Below, piece after piece: positions 1-13,096 of a stretch of 64,000 nucleotides of DNA. The notes under the pieces are model-generated. The model saw only the letters and a list, made by a program, of their open reading frames with translations, had not been told where the DNA came from and did no database searches. The stretch's first letter is position 1; every line of letters starts with the position of its first letter. Origin of the DNA: Bispira polyomma (Eukaryota). The DNA lies in NCBI GenBank assembly GCA_965649765.1, contig OZ287750.1:2852001-2916000 (forward strand), in the 5' to 3' direction. The translations under genes were made by a program, and so were the position numbers.

Positions 1-235
1 ACCCTTTGACAAGGTGCTCTACAAAACGTTGTCCCTCTCTAGCCAGGTGTATACATGAGTATCTGGCCGCCGATATGTGTTAGTCTTTGTGTGCCGTATT
101 TGGCAGCACGGCTAGTATATGCTTTATGAGGGAGCTGAGACTGAACAATTGGTTGATTGGTAATTGGTTATAATCTCGAAGCGCATTAGATAACGTGATG
201 TTCATAACTACGCTATGTCAAATGATAATTACTTT
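1..235 (+). mobile_element. tRNA-derived SINE family A (CORE-like body), 5'-truncated by the window edge
   Basis: Shares 'gttgtccctctc..ccaggtgtata', 'ggcagcacg.ctagtatgct..tgagggagctgagactgaacaat' and the 3' 'gataac.gtgatgtt.ataa..gcta' with the copies at 41921 and 50476. Confidence 0.75.
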
Positions 236-1297
236 TAATTAATATGGTATGAACTACCCACTGACATTAAACAAATATTCAGGTATGATGTTTTTGAAGC
301 AAAATGTAACACATTCTTATTTAAAAAATATAATTATGATATACTGTCAATTTTCTATTAATGTGTCTCCTCTAAAGTGCATGATAATTATTCAATTGTA
401 ATACGATCGAAGCTTTAAAAGTGTCAATAAACTTTCACTTATAAAATACAGATTATTTGCTGATCAAACCTTGAGAAAGACTAGTTTATCCTGTGTAAAT
501 CCCGTCTATCTGAGATTAGATATAGACACACCGGACAGGTAATCGGCTAGGTGAGAAATTCGATAGGTGATCGGCTAGGTGAGAGGTTGTATGAGTATGT
601 GCATGTATGAGTGAAAAGAAAAGGTTTCTGACAAGTGAAGGTCTGTTGTGTATGAACAGTGTAGTGGGAGCTTGTGCTTACAAATGAGATCATTTCTGTT
701 CTTGTAATTAATAAGGCTTTATTTAATCAAGTGTTAAGTGACATAAGCACGTGTATATATATATGTATATAATATTCCTTATATACCTTGAGGAAATGAA
801 CTTGGCTTTATTAGGCTTATTGTTAATTATTCCATTCTTGTTTTTTGTTCACATACAAGCATAGATAACTATACGTATTTTGAAAGTATTTTCTCCATTT
901 TGAACTGCTAAATTTCTGTGTATTTTCCTTAATCCCATAAAAAGCCCATCTAACCTTGTTACTACCAAAGAAGAACATATTAGTTATAAATGTGCCTCAT
1001 GAAATTTTGATTGCAAATATTTTAAAGGACAGGCAACAAAGTAAATTCAAATTTGTTAATCACCCATTTAGTTATAGGAATAAATTTACTTTCTTTTGTA
1101 CAACTGGATCTCATAATGATGTCCAGTCAAGAGGTTGTCTGTGGCTTACCGGTTAGGGAAGTGGTCAATTATATACAGTGTTCTATTCAAAATGATGTCC
1201 AGTGAAGAGGTTGTCAGTGGCTTATTGGTTAGGGAAGTGGTCCGGTAAGTGTATGGTCCCCAGTTCCACTCCTGGGTGGGACAAGGTGGCCTGGTGG

Positions 1298-1490
1298 TTA
1301 GAATCGCCTGCTTCACAATCACTAGGCTCTTACCAATATGGGGTGAATCCTATTCATTCCTTCATGTGGGCAAAACGATTGTAAGGTACTTCTGTGTGCC
1401 TGTCTTTTACAGTGGCTTCAGCACTGGTTTCTTTCATCATTGATATGGCCTAAGATTTTGACAGCGATGAAGGGCCGATTAAACCCAAGC
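1298..1490 (+). mobile_element. tRNA-derived SINE family B (degenerate)
   Basis: A-box-like 'ggtggcctggtggttag' just upstream (~1285); body 'catgtggg..ggtactt..ttacagtggcttcagcactggtttc' and 3' 'ttaaacccaa' match the minus-strand copies at 25228, 27775 and 28895. Confidence 0.55.
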
Positions 1491-3743
1491 GGTATGCATT
1501 GCCGTTGAAGTTTCACCATATTTTTTTTAAATTATGTAGATTAGAAAATAATGTAGTGGTAGCGTTATTACTGCCATTTAATACAGTAAATAGTTAAAGA
1601 TGCATTCTTAATTTAATTCTCTTTTATACTTGATTCAAAAGTATTATTTTGGTTGGCTTATAAAGGCCCTCGTACAAACATAAAGTTTACATAATGTAAT
1701 GTGTTTATCTATATATTAAGTCTAATCATAGTTTTTACTCGATAATGTCCGCTAGTCCGCAATCATCATGCGCCCTTGTAGGGCTTTATCTCCAGCATTA
1801 GGGTATTAACTGTTGCAAAATGTAATTAGCATAATGTTTGCATTCTTTATATATTTATATGTTGTGGTATCCTGTGGCCCAGTAGTTTGGTGATCAGAAG
1901 GTCCCCTGTTTCACTCCCAGTTGGTGGGTTTAGTCTGGTGATCAGAATGTCTCCTGTTTTATTCATGCTTAGGGATATTGGTCTGGTGTGTGATAGGAAG
2001 GTTCCTAGTTCAAATTCTACTAATGCTGTTAGATTCATAAGTCGGATATCATTCTTGGGCACGTCATTGTCATTACTAATGACAAACCAAGCTATGTTTT
2101 AGAAAAGCAGAATGAAAGCCACGTTGCTTTTTTGAAACAGTTAATACAGACATGATCAAACAAATAAACAGGTTCCAATATTTCAATGAATACATTCTCA
2201 TGCACACGATCTGCAACATGTGTACAGATGCTGCTGTCGGATGCCTGAGTAGGTTTGCTGGGTTTTGTAAATGGTAGGTTGGAAAAAAGGATGAGGAATG
2301 GTCAAGTAGTAACAGGGTGCAGAAAAACTACAGCTCATAGCTACCTCAGAATTACGGATATATTTAGATTATAGACAAAATGTCTGACAAGTTTTTAAAA
2401 TGTCCATATATGATATGGGTATAAAATGGTACACAAAGATTACATCTGGCAATAGGTCCCCTCTAGAAGTTTAAATCAGTTTTTCAGTCTTATTTATAAA
2501 TATCTCAGATACATTGTTGTTCTAAATACAAACTGATAACTTTCAGACTCTAGAACCTTGTTTTAATAACACTTCCTTATTAAACCAATATATGAGTTTA
2601 TAACATTGGTTCAATACCACTTCCTTATGAAATCAGCTATTCCAGTCTGATTACAACTTAACAGTAGTATATTGTACAGTTAAAAATGGGGAAGAAATAC
2701 TTTTTTTTGAAACACCTCAAAACATTATAAATACTCGAAACCCTCTGGCAGAATTGATTACAGTCTGGATTTTTCCCCTCTAACTTTTTGTTTTAAATAC
2801 ACCTTCCTCTCCCCATTCTCTACAGATATGACATTCAATACACCGCCAGTGACGTCAAAGGCCAAATGATTAAAACACACACACACAAGAAACTAATTGA
2901 TATCACTCTCCTTTGTGACTCTTATGATGCACGTTTATAGAGCCAGCTTTTATATACATGTGTGTGTATGTTTATAAATATAACACACGAAAAAACAACA
3001 ACCCACATATATACCACGTGAATTCTCCCCCCTGCTCAAGCCCCTCAATCATTATATACGAACATGATTTCCTTTCAGTCGGGAAAATTTTGCTAGCGCG
3101 CGAAAAAGTAGGGGAGAAATAATTATTTCACACAGAGGGGAAATACAATTTGCGAGAAGAATATGGTGGATGTTATTCCTGCCGTTGATTATAATTAAAA
3201 GATTGGGTTTCCTTTTGCGTATATTCTACAAGGACTGTTCTGTGGATGGGGGTAAAGGAGAGCCGGTGTCACGAGTTTTAGCCCCTTGCTTTGCAGCCAC
3301 ATGAAGACAGTATCAGAATTGCAGAGTGGACGCCTGAGTCGTGATAATTCTTTCTTTTTTTCTTTTTTTTTTTTTTGTTAAAAAATACATTAAAATTCTA
3401 CCTGTATGGAGAAAGAATACTGTAGGATCCCGTTTCAAAGCCAAATAAACAGATGAGCTAGGGCGGTGCCATAATTAATGCTCTCCTCGCCGGGAGTGGA
3501 ATATAAATTTGTTGGGGATAGCATGTATGGATAGATAATATGGTTATGGTATAAAGAATGACTCCTTCATTTATTAAGTAGATTATAATAAAGAGAACAG
3601 TAATAATTAAATATAATATGGTTGTATACTGAAAAAACAACTGATTGTGTACTGTGTATAAACTGTTACACTGCAGTTTTAAGAAAAATGTGAACATTTA
3701 TACAAATTCATTTGATTGCTTTAATACATATGGGATTTTAAAA

Positions 3744-3762
3744 ATGATCAATTGGGTATCAG
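3744..3762 (+). CDS. Candidate first coding exon of the TMEM151-like gene (MINWVS+G)
   Basis: ATG at 3744 followed by a consensus donor CAG|GTAAGT at 3763; phase 1 matches the phase-1 acceptor at 8055. There is no homology support. Confidence 0.3.
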
Positions 3763-3834
3763 GTAAGTTGAGCTATTCATAATTTCACTTTATAATTAAT
3801 TGTATCATATTGAATTTTGGATTTTTAACATGCC

Positions 3835-4215
3835 TTATTGATGCGAGGCATATTTTAAAGCGTAACAACAAAATCAGTTAACCAATAGAGAAGTCCCTAA
3901 AAACATAGCCAAGGTCGTAAAAGAAGGATGTTGGGGTGTACAGGGAGGGAACGGGGTGGGGGGGGGGGTGGTATTAAGGCTTTTCCTAAAACCAGAAAGC
4001 GTATCTACTGATCTGAGGTCGACTGGATGACTATTCTATAACAAGGGAGTTGAAATGGAGAAAGCTCGGGATCCTGACTAGATCCTGGGTAGGCAAATTT
4101 GAGATCAGTTTTAAGGGTTTTTTTTTACCTAAACCAGAAAGTGTTTAAGTGATCTAAACTCTACAGGGAGACTATTTCATAACATAGGGGCAGCAATAGG
4201 GAAAGCTCTAGATAA
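3835..4215 (-). mobile_element. L2/CR1-clade LINE 3'-end fragment
   Basis: 'ccttattgatgcgaggcat..aaagcgtaacaacaaaatcagttaacc..gaaggatgttggggtgtacagggaggg..cctaaaccagaaagtgttt' recurs at 14527, 28535, 34745 and (inverted) 59870; the 34745 copy continues into RT-coding sequence. Confidence 0.6.
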
Positions 4216-4312
4216 AATATTCATCTTGTATATTACAATTGTTACATGTGAATATAATACTCTTTATCACCATATATTCTATTAAGCACAAGACACACCA
4301 ATGTATTCAACA

Positions 4313-6472
4313 TAGAAGCGTTTATCAAATGATGATCCTAGTTTAGGCATATTTTGGACTTTGAACCTTTATAACTCAACCAGTTTCCAATATATTTTTA
4401 ATGTTAGTGGCTCAACTAATAGGTATGGCATTTATTTATCATTCCACCAAATATTATGCCCATGATATGTATAGAAATATTTAATATATAATTTTTTCCT
4501 TCAGTCATTGGACTAAACCCAGCGATCAAACTATGATCCTATTTGTGACCAAGTAACCGTATGTACTCTTGATTAATACACTGCTTGCATTTTTATATAT
4601 TATGCCAAATATAGGCATTTTGTTATGCACTTGCAGAAGCAGGAGTCCTGGTTGGACAAACAATATTTGGAATTCACTATTATAGAGAATATTATATGTA
4701 CATGAAGATGAGATAATAAAGGCAAAAATGGACAAAAGTATGTGTATTCTAAATAATTCTATTACATGTATTTATTTAAACATAGCAAATTGTATTTAAT
4801 GGCTGACTCATTTTGTTATTGTATATGTAAATGTCAGAGCCCAACTTACAATTTGGCCGATCCTAAGATGGGCTACAGCCCAACTTAGGATCCTATGTTT
4901 GTCAGCCTATCCTAAGATAGCCCATGTGGAGATTTTTTGTACAGGAACATAATATAGAAAACTACTACAATAGTGTATTAAAGAAAGGCATGAACTAAAA
5001 GTAATGATAATTGGGAAGACTAATTACCTTTTTGGTTTAGGTACAATCATTATCTGGTCAACAATTAATCTAGAAAGGCTCATTTCTTATTTTTCATCCA
5101 TGGTTTTGAATGAGGATCTTTGTTTATATCTTATTTCTTAAGCTATTCAATAATCTCTGTACCGGGTAAACTTTGCCCCATCAATAACTGGTGATGTTTT
5201 GAGCTGTCTAGTTTTTCTATATGTACTTTAAAAGTAGCCATCTTGAATTATAGGACACTGTAGAGTTTGATTTATATAAACTGCATGAAGTCATAACTGA
5301 AATTAACAATAACAATTCTATTTTTTCATTGGACTTTACGCCAATGCAGTACAAAAGCAATGTAAATTCAGCTTACACCTACATGTATGTGTACATGGAT
5401 TAGAAACTGTTTTAATCACACAATTTAAATTTGGCTGCCTATTATTATAATCAGGAAAGAAGGAAATGGTTACTGACACTAAATCCAGTTAAGCAAGTTG
5501 ATCACACATCTAGTCTTCAGAAACAAATTACTTAATCCATGGTTTCCCATTACTTGGCATCAAATTAATCTGTACAAAAGGCATATTGAAAGAAAAAGTG
5601 TATTGTGATCTTACAACAATTTAGGGCAATTTTGAACAGAAAATTACACTCCAACAAAAGATGCATTATGAAAGTAAGTTTATCAGTAAAACAAGTAATA
5701 ACTGGAACATTCAATAATCAACTTTAAACCTGAGATTACATTCAAACAATTGCCAATAATTCATCATCATGTGAATTAATTATTATACAAGAAAAACATT
5801 TAAGATGTCTAGTTTCCATTTTAATCTAATCTTAAGTTTGGCTAGTTTCCCTTGCCAATTTAAGATGGCATAGCTCATCTTAAGATAGGCTGCCAAAGTT
5901 ATAAGTTGGGCTATAGCCCATCTTAAGATTGTCCAATTGTAAGTTGGGCTCTGACATTTACAAAATACAATGACAAAAATGAATCAGCCATTAAATACAA
6001 TATGCTATGTTTAAATAAAAAGTAGAATTCTTTAGAATACACATGTTTTTGTCCATTTTTGCCTTTCTTCCCTCATTTTGATGTACATATAATATTATTT
6101 ATAATACTGAATTTACAATATTGTTTCTTCAAATCAGGACTGCAGCTTTCACAAGCCTTAAGCAAAATGCCTATATTTGGCATAGTGCATAAAAATGCAA
6201 GCAGTGAACCAATGAAGAGGTCACACTGTCACTTGGCCACAAAAAGGATCATAGTTTGATCGCTAGGTTTAGTCCAATGACAGAAGAAAAACATTATATA
6301 TTAAATATTTCTATACATATCATGGGCATAACATTTGGTGGAATGATAAATAAATGCCATACCTATTAGTTGAGCCACTAACATTAAAAATATATTGGAA
6401 ACTGGTTGAGTTATAAAGGTCCAAAGTCTAAAATATGCCTAAATTAGGATCATCATTTGATAAACGCTTCTA
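4313..6472. mobile_element. Foldback / long-TIR non-autonomous DNA transposon (~600-bp inverted arms, ~950-bp non-coding spacer)
   Basis: 4313-~4925 is the reverse complement of ~5870-6472 (tagaagcgtttatcaaatgatgatcct... / ...aggatcatcatttgataaacgcttcta); TA at both ends; the mirror-image ORFs 4526-4735(-) and 6059-6259(+) reflect the arms. Confidence 0.85.
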
Positions 6473-6851
6473 TCTCTTCTTGGATTTGTTCTATTTCCCA
6501 TGTAAAATTAGATGTGGAAATCATTGTCAGAAACCATTGACCATTGGCATAATATCTATATGATATTTTTTTACACACTGAAAATATGGACACCTATATG
6601 GACACAAATAAAATCGATAATGTGTAACAAATGTACTTTAAATGACATGGACAATTGCAGTCCTATTGTATCAAGACCCTCAACTACTATACAAAATCAT
6701 GTGTCCTGTATGGCGTGTATAATGGACAATGTTTGACAATATTTGTACAGTTTTTGTACTCAGTTTTGTGACATGCCTGATTTGGTTTTTGTACTGGAAA
6801 AGAATATGAATATGTAAACTATATTTCTAAAGGAGCAGTGCTGGAAAACTG

Positions 6852-7447
6852 TATGGAAGCCCCAAACGGACACAGACTTTTAGAACATTTACTATCTGGT
6901 TCTCTCAAGATACTAACTCATTTGCTCAACAGACTTGATCATTATCTCAAAATACTATCTTGTTACCTCAAGATACTTAATCATTTCCACAAGATAGTAT
7001 CTCTTTTCTCCAAGATACCACTTGATTATTCCCACAGGATACCATGTCTTTCCCTCAAGATACTTTATCATTCCTTCAACAAACTTTATTATTCCCTCAA
7101 GAAACTTTATCATTCCTTTAAAATACTTATTATTCTTTCAAGATACTGTCTCGTTCCCTTAAAATCTTGCTACTTCAACGTATCCATTCCCACATGATTG
7201 TATGGCATTCCCACAATATATTGCCTCATTCTCACAAAATACTATCTCATAACAGCATGATTGTACAACATTTCCACAAGACAGTATCTGGTTCCAACTT
7301 GGTCTTGTTTCCACCAGATACTTTCTTGTTCTTGTGGTAACAAGATAATATCTCAAGGAAACAAGATATTATTTGATGGAAACAATATGCTTTCTTGAGG
7401 TAATGAGATCAACAGTGTTGATCCAGGTCACTTTAGGGGCCCCGTAG
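6852..7447. mobile_element. MITE with internal ~22-bp degenerate subrepeats
   Basis: Termini 'tatggaagccccaaacggac' / 'gtcactttaggggccccgta' are imperfect TIRs; interior is repeats of 'ttcc(c)acaagatact'; a related piece lies at ~61250-61418. Confidence 0.55.
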
Positions 7448-8054
7448 AACTGATACATATATATAAGTGTAGTAGGGTTCAACTTGTTTACATTTAAATG
7501 GAGGTTATTATAGAGGAATCAATACTATGCAGTAAAAAAAAAAAAGGATAAAGTAGTTGTTGTGTATGAGAAAATCATCGAAGTTTGAAAAAAATAAATC
7601 ATTTTCCTGGGGTGTTAATTCTTCGATACTTCTGATTGTAATAACACTGGTCTTATTTGGACAAGACAAACAAATTTGTGAAGAATTAAATCTGAAGAAT
7701 GCTATAAAAAGTTTTTTTTAGTATTATTTTGTTATGTCACCTTGACCTAGCAAATAATTTCACCTTGACCTGAACAATAATGTACCTTAGTCATATCTAC
7801 AAACATTTTGTAGACTTTCATTAATAGAAATTTATTATTTTAAACCAGTACAATCGCTTCAAATAATTTGACCAGCAAGCCAATTTGATATCTTGACTTT
7901 TTGATATCTTTCCGATTACCAGCTCCTGGTCGTTATAAACTATGGGATTCATGCCACATGTACACACCAGAAATTAGAATTATTTGTGTATGGGATGATG
8001 TGACCTTTGGTTAACATATTTACCTTACAGAGACCAATACATTTGTTCTTTCAG

Positions 8055-8125
8055 AATGTGGGAGCAGCTCGACATCTCCCAAGACGGTCGCTACCGACCA
8101 GGCAGAGGCCATGATACAGAAAGAG
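8055..8125 (+). CDS. Probable upstream coding exon of the TMEM151-like gene (xCGSSSTSPKTVATDQAEAMIQKE)
   Basis: GC-rich island bounded by acceptor ttctttcag| and donor GAG|gtaagg; open frame ends in phase 0, matching the exon at 21454; an in-frame ATG at 8111 is an alternative start. Confidence 0.55.
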
Positions 8126-8739
8126 GTAAGGGGCGGGGGACCAAGGATAAACTTGGGGGCAGGGTATAGGGATGGATCAAAAACAACTGCGGGTGGAGTA
8201 CTTATTGAGGGATATTCGGTATCATGTATTTAATGCAACTATTTACCAAGGGATATTTGGTTTTATGTATTAAATTCAAATACTGGGAGTTGTATTCTCC
8301 AAAATTGTCAGGTCTCAGTTCTCAGGTTCTTGGTCTCAGTTACATGGATGACCATCACAAACTCACAAATGCACCAAACACACATCTTTGTGGCGATCAG
8401 TAACGGTTTTAAGTTCGTCTACAGTAGGAGCACTTCGGAACTCTTCGTTAATATCTGTGAGCATTGTCTCGCCATCATGAAAGTTCTGAACAATTCAAAA
8501 GTTTAAAGGATGAATGCTCGTTTGTGAGGGTTTTTGTGAGGGGAAAGGGGGCAAAGGGGTTAATGTCTTGATTAGTTTTTGAACGTTTCTCATCGGTAGC
8601 AGTTAGTGTTGGCTCATTGTGGCTAGTTTTGTGTTAGTTGCAATTAGTAGCAATTAGTGAACTTTTGTTGTGATTGGTGATATATGAGTGGGTGTTCGTT
8701 ATGTCTTCGTTTCTTATTAGTTGGTGTTAATAAAGAAGG

Positions 8740-10701
8740 TACATGTAAAGGTGACACATATATACAAAGGTTACACATATATATACAAAGGTTACACATA
8801 TATATAAAGGTTACACATATATGCAAAGGTTACACATATATATAAAGGTTACATATATATACAAAGGTTACACACATATATACAAAGGTTACACACACAT
8901 ATATATACAAAGGTTACATATATATAAAGGTTACACATATATACAAAGGCTACACATATATATAATGGTTACACATATATACAAAGGTTACACATATATA
9001 TATATAAAGGTTACATATATATATAAAGGTTACACATATATATAAAGGTTACATATATATACAAAGGTTACACACATATATACAAAGGTTACACACACAT
9101 ATATATACAAAGGTTACATATATATAAAGGTTACACATATATACAAAGGTTACACATATATATAATGGTTACACATATATACAAAGGTTACACATATATA
9201 TAAAGGTTACACATATATATAAAGGTCACATATATATACAAAGGTTACACACATATACAAAGGTTACACACACATATATATACAAAGGTTACATATATAT
9301 AAAGGTTACACATATATACAAAGGTTACACATATATATAATGGTTACACATATATATAAAGGTTACATATATATATAAAGGTTACACATATATATAAAGG
9401 TTACATATATATAAAGGTTACACATATATACAAAGGTTACACATATATATAATGGTTACACATATATGCAAAGGTTACACATATATACAAAGGTTACACA
9501 TATATATAATGGTTACACATATATACAAAGGTTACACATATATATAAAGGTTACACATATATATAAAGGTCACATATATATACAAAGGTTACACACATAT
9601 ATACAAAGGTTACACACACATATATATACAAAGGTTACATATATATAAAGGTTACACATATATACAAAGGTTACACATATATATAATGGTTACACATATA
9701 TATAAAGGTTACATATATATATAAAGGTTACACATATATATAAAGGTTACATATATATAAAGGTTACACATATATACAAAGGTTACACATATATATAATG
9801 GTTACACATATATGCAAAGGTTACACATATATATAAAGGTTACACATATATATAAAGGTTACATATATATATACAAAGGTTACACACATATATACAAAGG
9901 TTACACACACACATATATACAAAGGTTACACATATATATAATGGTTACACATATATATAAAGGTTACATATATATATAAAGGTTACACATATATATAAAG
10001 GTTACATATATATACAAAGGTTACACTTATATACAAAGGTTACACTTATATATAAAGGTTACACATATATACAAAGGTTACACATATATATAAAGGTTAC
10101 ACATATATACAAAGGTGACACATATATACAAAGGTTACACATATATACAAAGGTTACACATATATATAATGGTTACACATATATATAAAGGTTACATATA
10201 TATATAAAGGTTACACATATATATAAAGGTTACATATATATACAAAGGTTACACTTATATACAAAGGTTACACTTATATATAAAGGTTACACATATATAC
10301 AAAGGTTACACATATATATAAAGGTTACACATATATACAAAGGTGACACATATATACAAAGGTTACACATATATACAAAGGTTACACACATATATAGACA
10401 AAAGTTACACATATATATACAAAGGTTACATATAAAAACAAAGGTTACACATATGTATAAAGGTGACACATTGCCTTTACTTGAGTGATGTACATGTAAA
10501 GGTGACACATATATACAAAGGTTACACATATATATACAAAAGTTACACATATATATATACAAAGGTTACACATATATACAAAGGTGACACATACATATAA
10601 AGGTTACACATATATACAAAGGTGACACATATATACAAAGGTTACACATATATACAAAGGTTACACATATATACAAATGTTACACATTTCCTTTACTTGA
10701 G
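8740..10701. repeat. ~2-kb minisatellite, ~18-24-bp unit AAAGGTTACACATATATA(T/C)
   Basis: Directly visible tandem array with variable (TA)/(CA) length; interrupted once at ~10470-10500. Confidence 0.97.
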
Positions 10702-12435
10702 TTGAGTTTGAGTGTCTGTGTCACATTTTCATTAGAATCACGTCCTAAAAATACATATTGCACAAAAACCCCCAAAATCAGCCGGATTTGGAGATTGTTT
10801 TCGCTTCCTGGTTGAAAAAGAATCTAATCTTCTGTCAACATCTGGTCTCATCTAACACATGGAAGTGGCTACCCTGTATTAGATAACTATGAGACAAAAA
10901 TTTAAAAAAATTATATCGCGGCTCATGTTGACCAAATATGTATCTGGCAAGCGTAGTCTTACTGACATTGTTTGAGAAAGATGAATTTAAATCTCATATA
11001 CTATAATAAAGGAGTATGCCCTGTTACCAAATGTCTATACTATACAGACATTATTTCCCTTGTGGGCGACCTGATTGTGGTCACAGACAAGGATATTGCA
11101 TTTTAGCTGTAAGAAAAGTTTCACTAATTTACAATTGTTTTCTGAAAAGTTTAATGGAATTCACTTTTCACAATTGCCTATTTAAGTTCAATACATGAAC
11201 GAACACTCATGGGATAGGATTTTTGATTGGGTACTCCCCCAAAGGTTCTTGTTGGTACGCCTGGGTATACTGGCTTCTACACTAGCTACACCCCTGGTAA
11301 TACAAGTCCAATATCATTGGGAATTAAAGATCACTATCACAACTCATAAGCTGAAATAAATTCCCATGTGAAAAAAAAAAATCTTTCCACCAATTATACG
11401 TCACACACCTTATTCAAATATGACCACCCTTATTAACACCTTTGAGGTAGGTAAAAAGGTCAACCACCTTAAGTGACACAAAGAATAAAAAAAAAACACC
11501 CTTGGCTTTTTACCACCAGACAGATTACTTACATATTCTATATTTTACGCAAGGCTGAATTATCTCTGCAATGTTAAATATGTTTATTATTGTGTTTATT
11601 ATTGCAGGTCAATAATATCATGTGTGGAGAGTTTCGAATATTCAAGCCGAATTTGTTTCCTTATGGAATCCCTTTTAGGACATACAGATTTACACCCTTT
11701 ATTTTGTGGCAACAATCTAATTATTACGTTCCCACAAGATCATTTTGTTATGATAAGATAATGACAAGCGTTTTATTAAATTTATTCAGAATATTCTACA
11801 CAGTGAAAACAGTTTTGTACACATTTTGTACACATTTTTAAAAACCTTTTTAAAACCTTCTATGTGGCAGCAAGATGTTCTTGTGGTAACAATTTAATTA
11901 TCTAAAATAAATTGAATATCTTGTTTTGTACAATTCGTTTCATGCCTGTGACGTCTTTGTGATGTGTTAGTGTTAGAAGTAACACAAATCTGACTTAAGA
12001 AAGTTTAATATCATATCATGATATCATAATGTGACTTCAGTTCGTAAGTCAAAAAAGCATTTCAAAATAGTTCCAAATATGATGCCCAAATAAGCTGTAG
12101 AATGATTTGCCTCCCAATATTCACACTGCCTCTTTAAAACCCACTAATTAGCAACGCTTTTCCACCTTAGCCTCCCTTATAATTTCCGGCGTCTCTACAG
12201 TCATGACCCCTGTACATTCCATGGCTATATGAATTATGAAAATGATTTTCCTGTCTGATGTGCCTTAGAATCTATTAGATTTGATTAGATCAGATAAAAA
12301 TCTACAGAGGGCACAGATCATCCACTCTGAATTTTATTTGTCCAACTCCATGAATAGACCATGTGGCATGTGTAAATGAGAGGGACCACAAGGGTATTGG
12401 GACATCATAAACAACCATATAAAAGAAATAAAGAA

Positions 12436-12620
12436 ACTAATCTAAATTTGCATCTACATAGCGCTTTCTTTTAAAGCGTTGTACATAGTTTACACTCCTG
12501 GCCTGGGGTCTTCCACTGGTCAACCAATTGTTCCTTCTCAGCTCCCTCAGGGAGCGTACACTAGCAGTGCTGCCACCACTAGACCATAGAGACCACATGT
12601 AGGGAAACAATGATTTCTCC
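12436..12620 (-). mobile_element. SINE family A-related 3' part with an L2-type tail
   Basis: 'cagctccctcagggagc' core motif and 'ctaatcta..atagcgctt' (reverse of the L2 3' end 'aagcgctat..tagattag'). Confidence 0.55.
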
Positions 12621-12847
12621 ACTAAATTTATCAGAACGTCAGTAATGAAAACTAAAGTGGAGTATATTTAAGTATCAATATCATACAAGTGGCCATAAGA
12701 GGGTGGAACACATAAACGGAAAGTACAATGAAGTGCTTGTCATTGATAAGGGATGGGTAACTCGACATTTAAATCTCCTTTAATTAGGACATCTTCTCTC
12801 TTTCTCAGCACGAGTCTGACATTTCGTAAACTTATTTTATGAGGCTG

Positions 12848-13096
12848 GGGCCGTATTTACCAAAAGGTCTTAGTTCTAACTTCAGTCTTAAGTTCAAACA
12901 TTTATGTCTGAAGTATTTAAGACTGCCCACTGTTAGTCTTTATGTTAAGAGTTATTAAGTTAACAAAAACCAAATATCTGTTCTTATTGTCATTGGGCCT
13001 AAGACCAAAATATTAACCTTTTTGGCCAAAATCAAAGATCAAAATATTTAGCCTAAGACTAAGTTAAGACGAAAACCTTTTTGTGAATATGGGTAC
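12848..13096. mobile_element. PIF/Harbinger-type MITE (GGGCCGTATTCAC TIR family)
   Basis: 'ctg|gggccgtatttaccaaaaggtct' ... 'accttttgtgaatatgggtac'; the interior matches the copies at 41092, 50207 and 62278. Confidence 0.7.

Noticed and set aside
6838-7356. 119-aa ORF with LKIL periodicity
   Set aside because: It is a translation of MITE internal subrepeats.
8056-8125. ATG at 8056 (MWEQLDISQ...) as the TMEM151-like start
   Set aside because: That frame ends in phase 1 at the donor and is incompatible with the phase-0 exon at 21454 unless an unseen exon intervenes.
8644-10562. Short ORFs rich in Y/I/H/K
   Set aside because: They are translations of the minisatellite.
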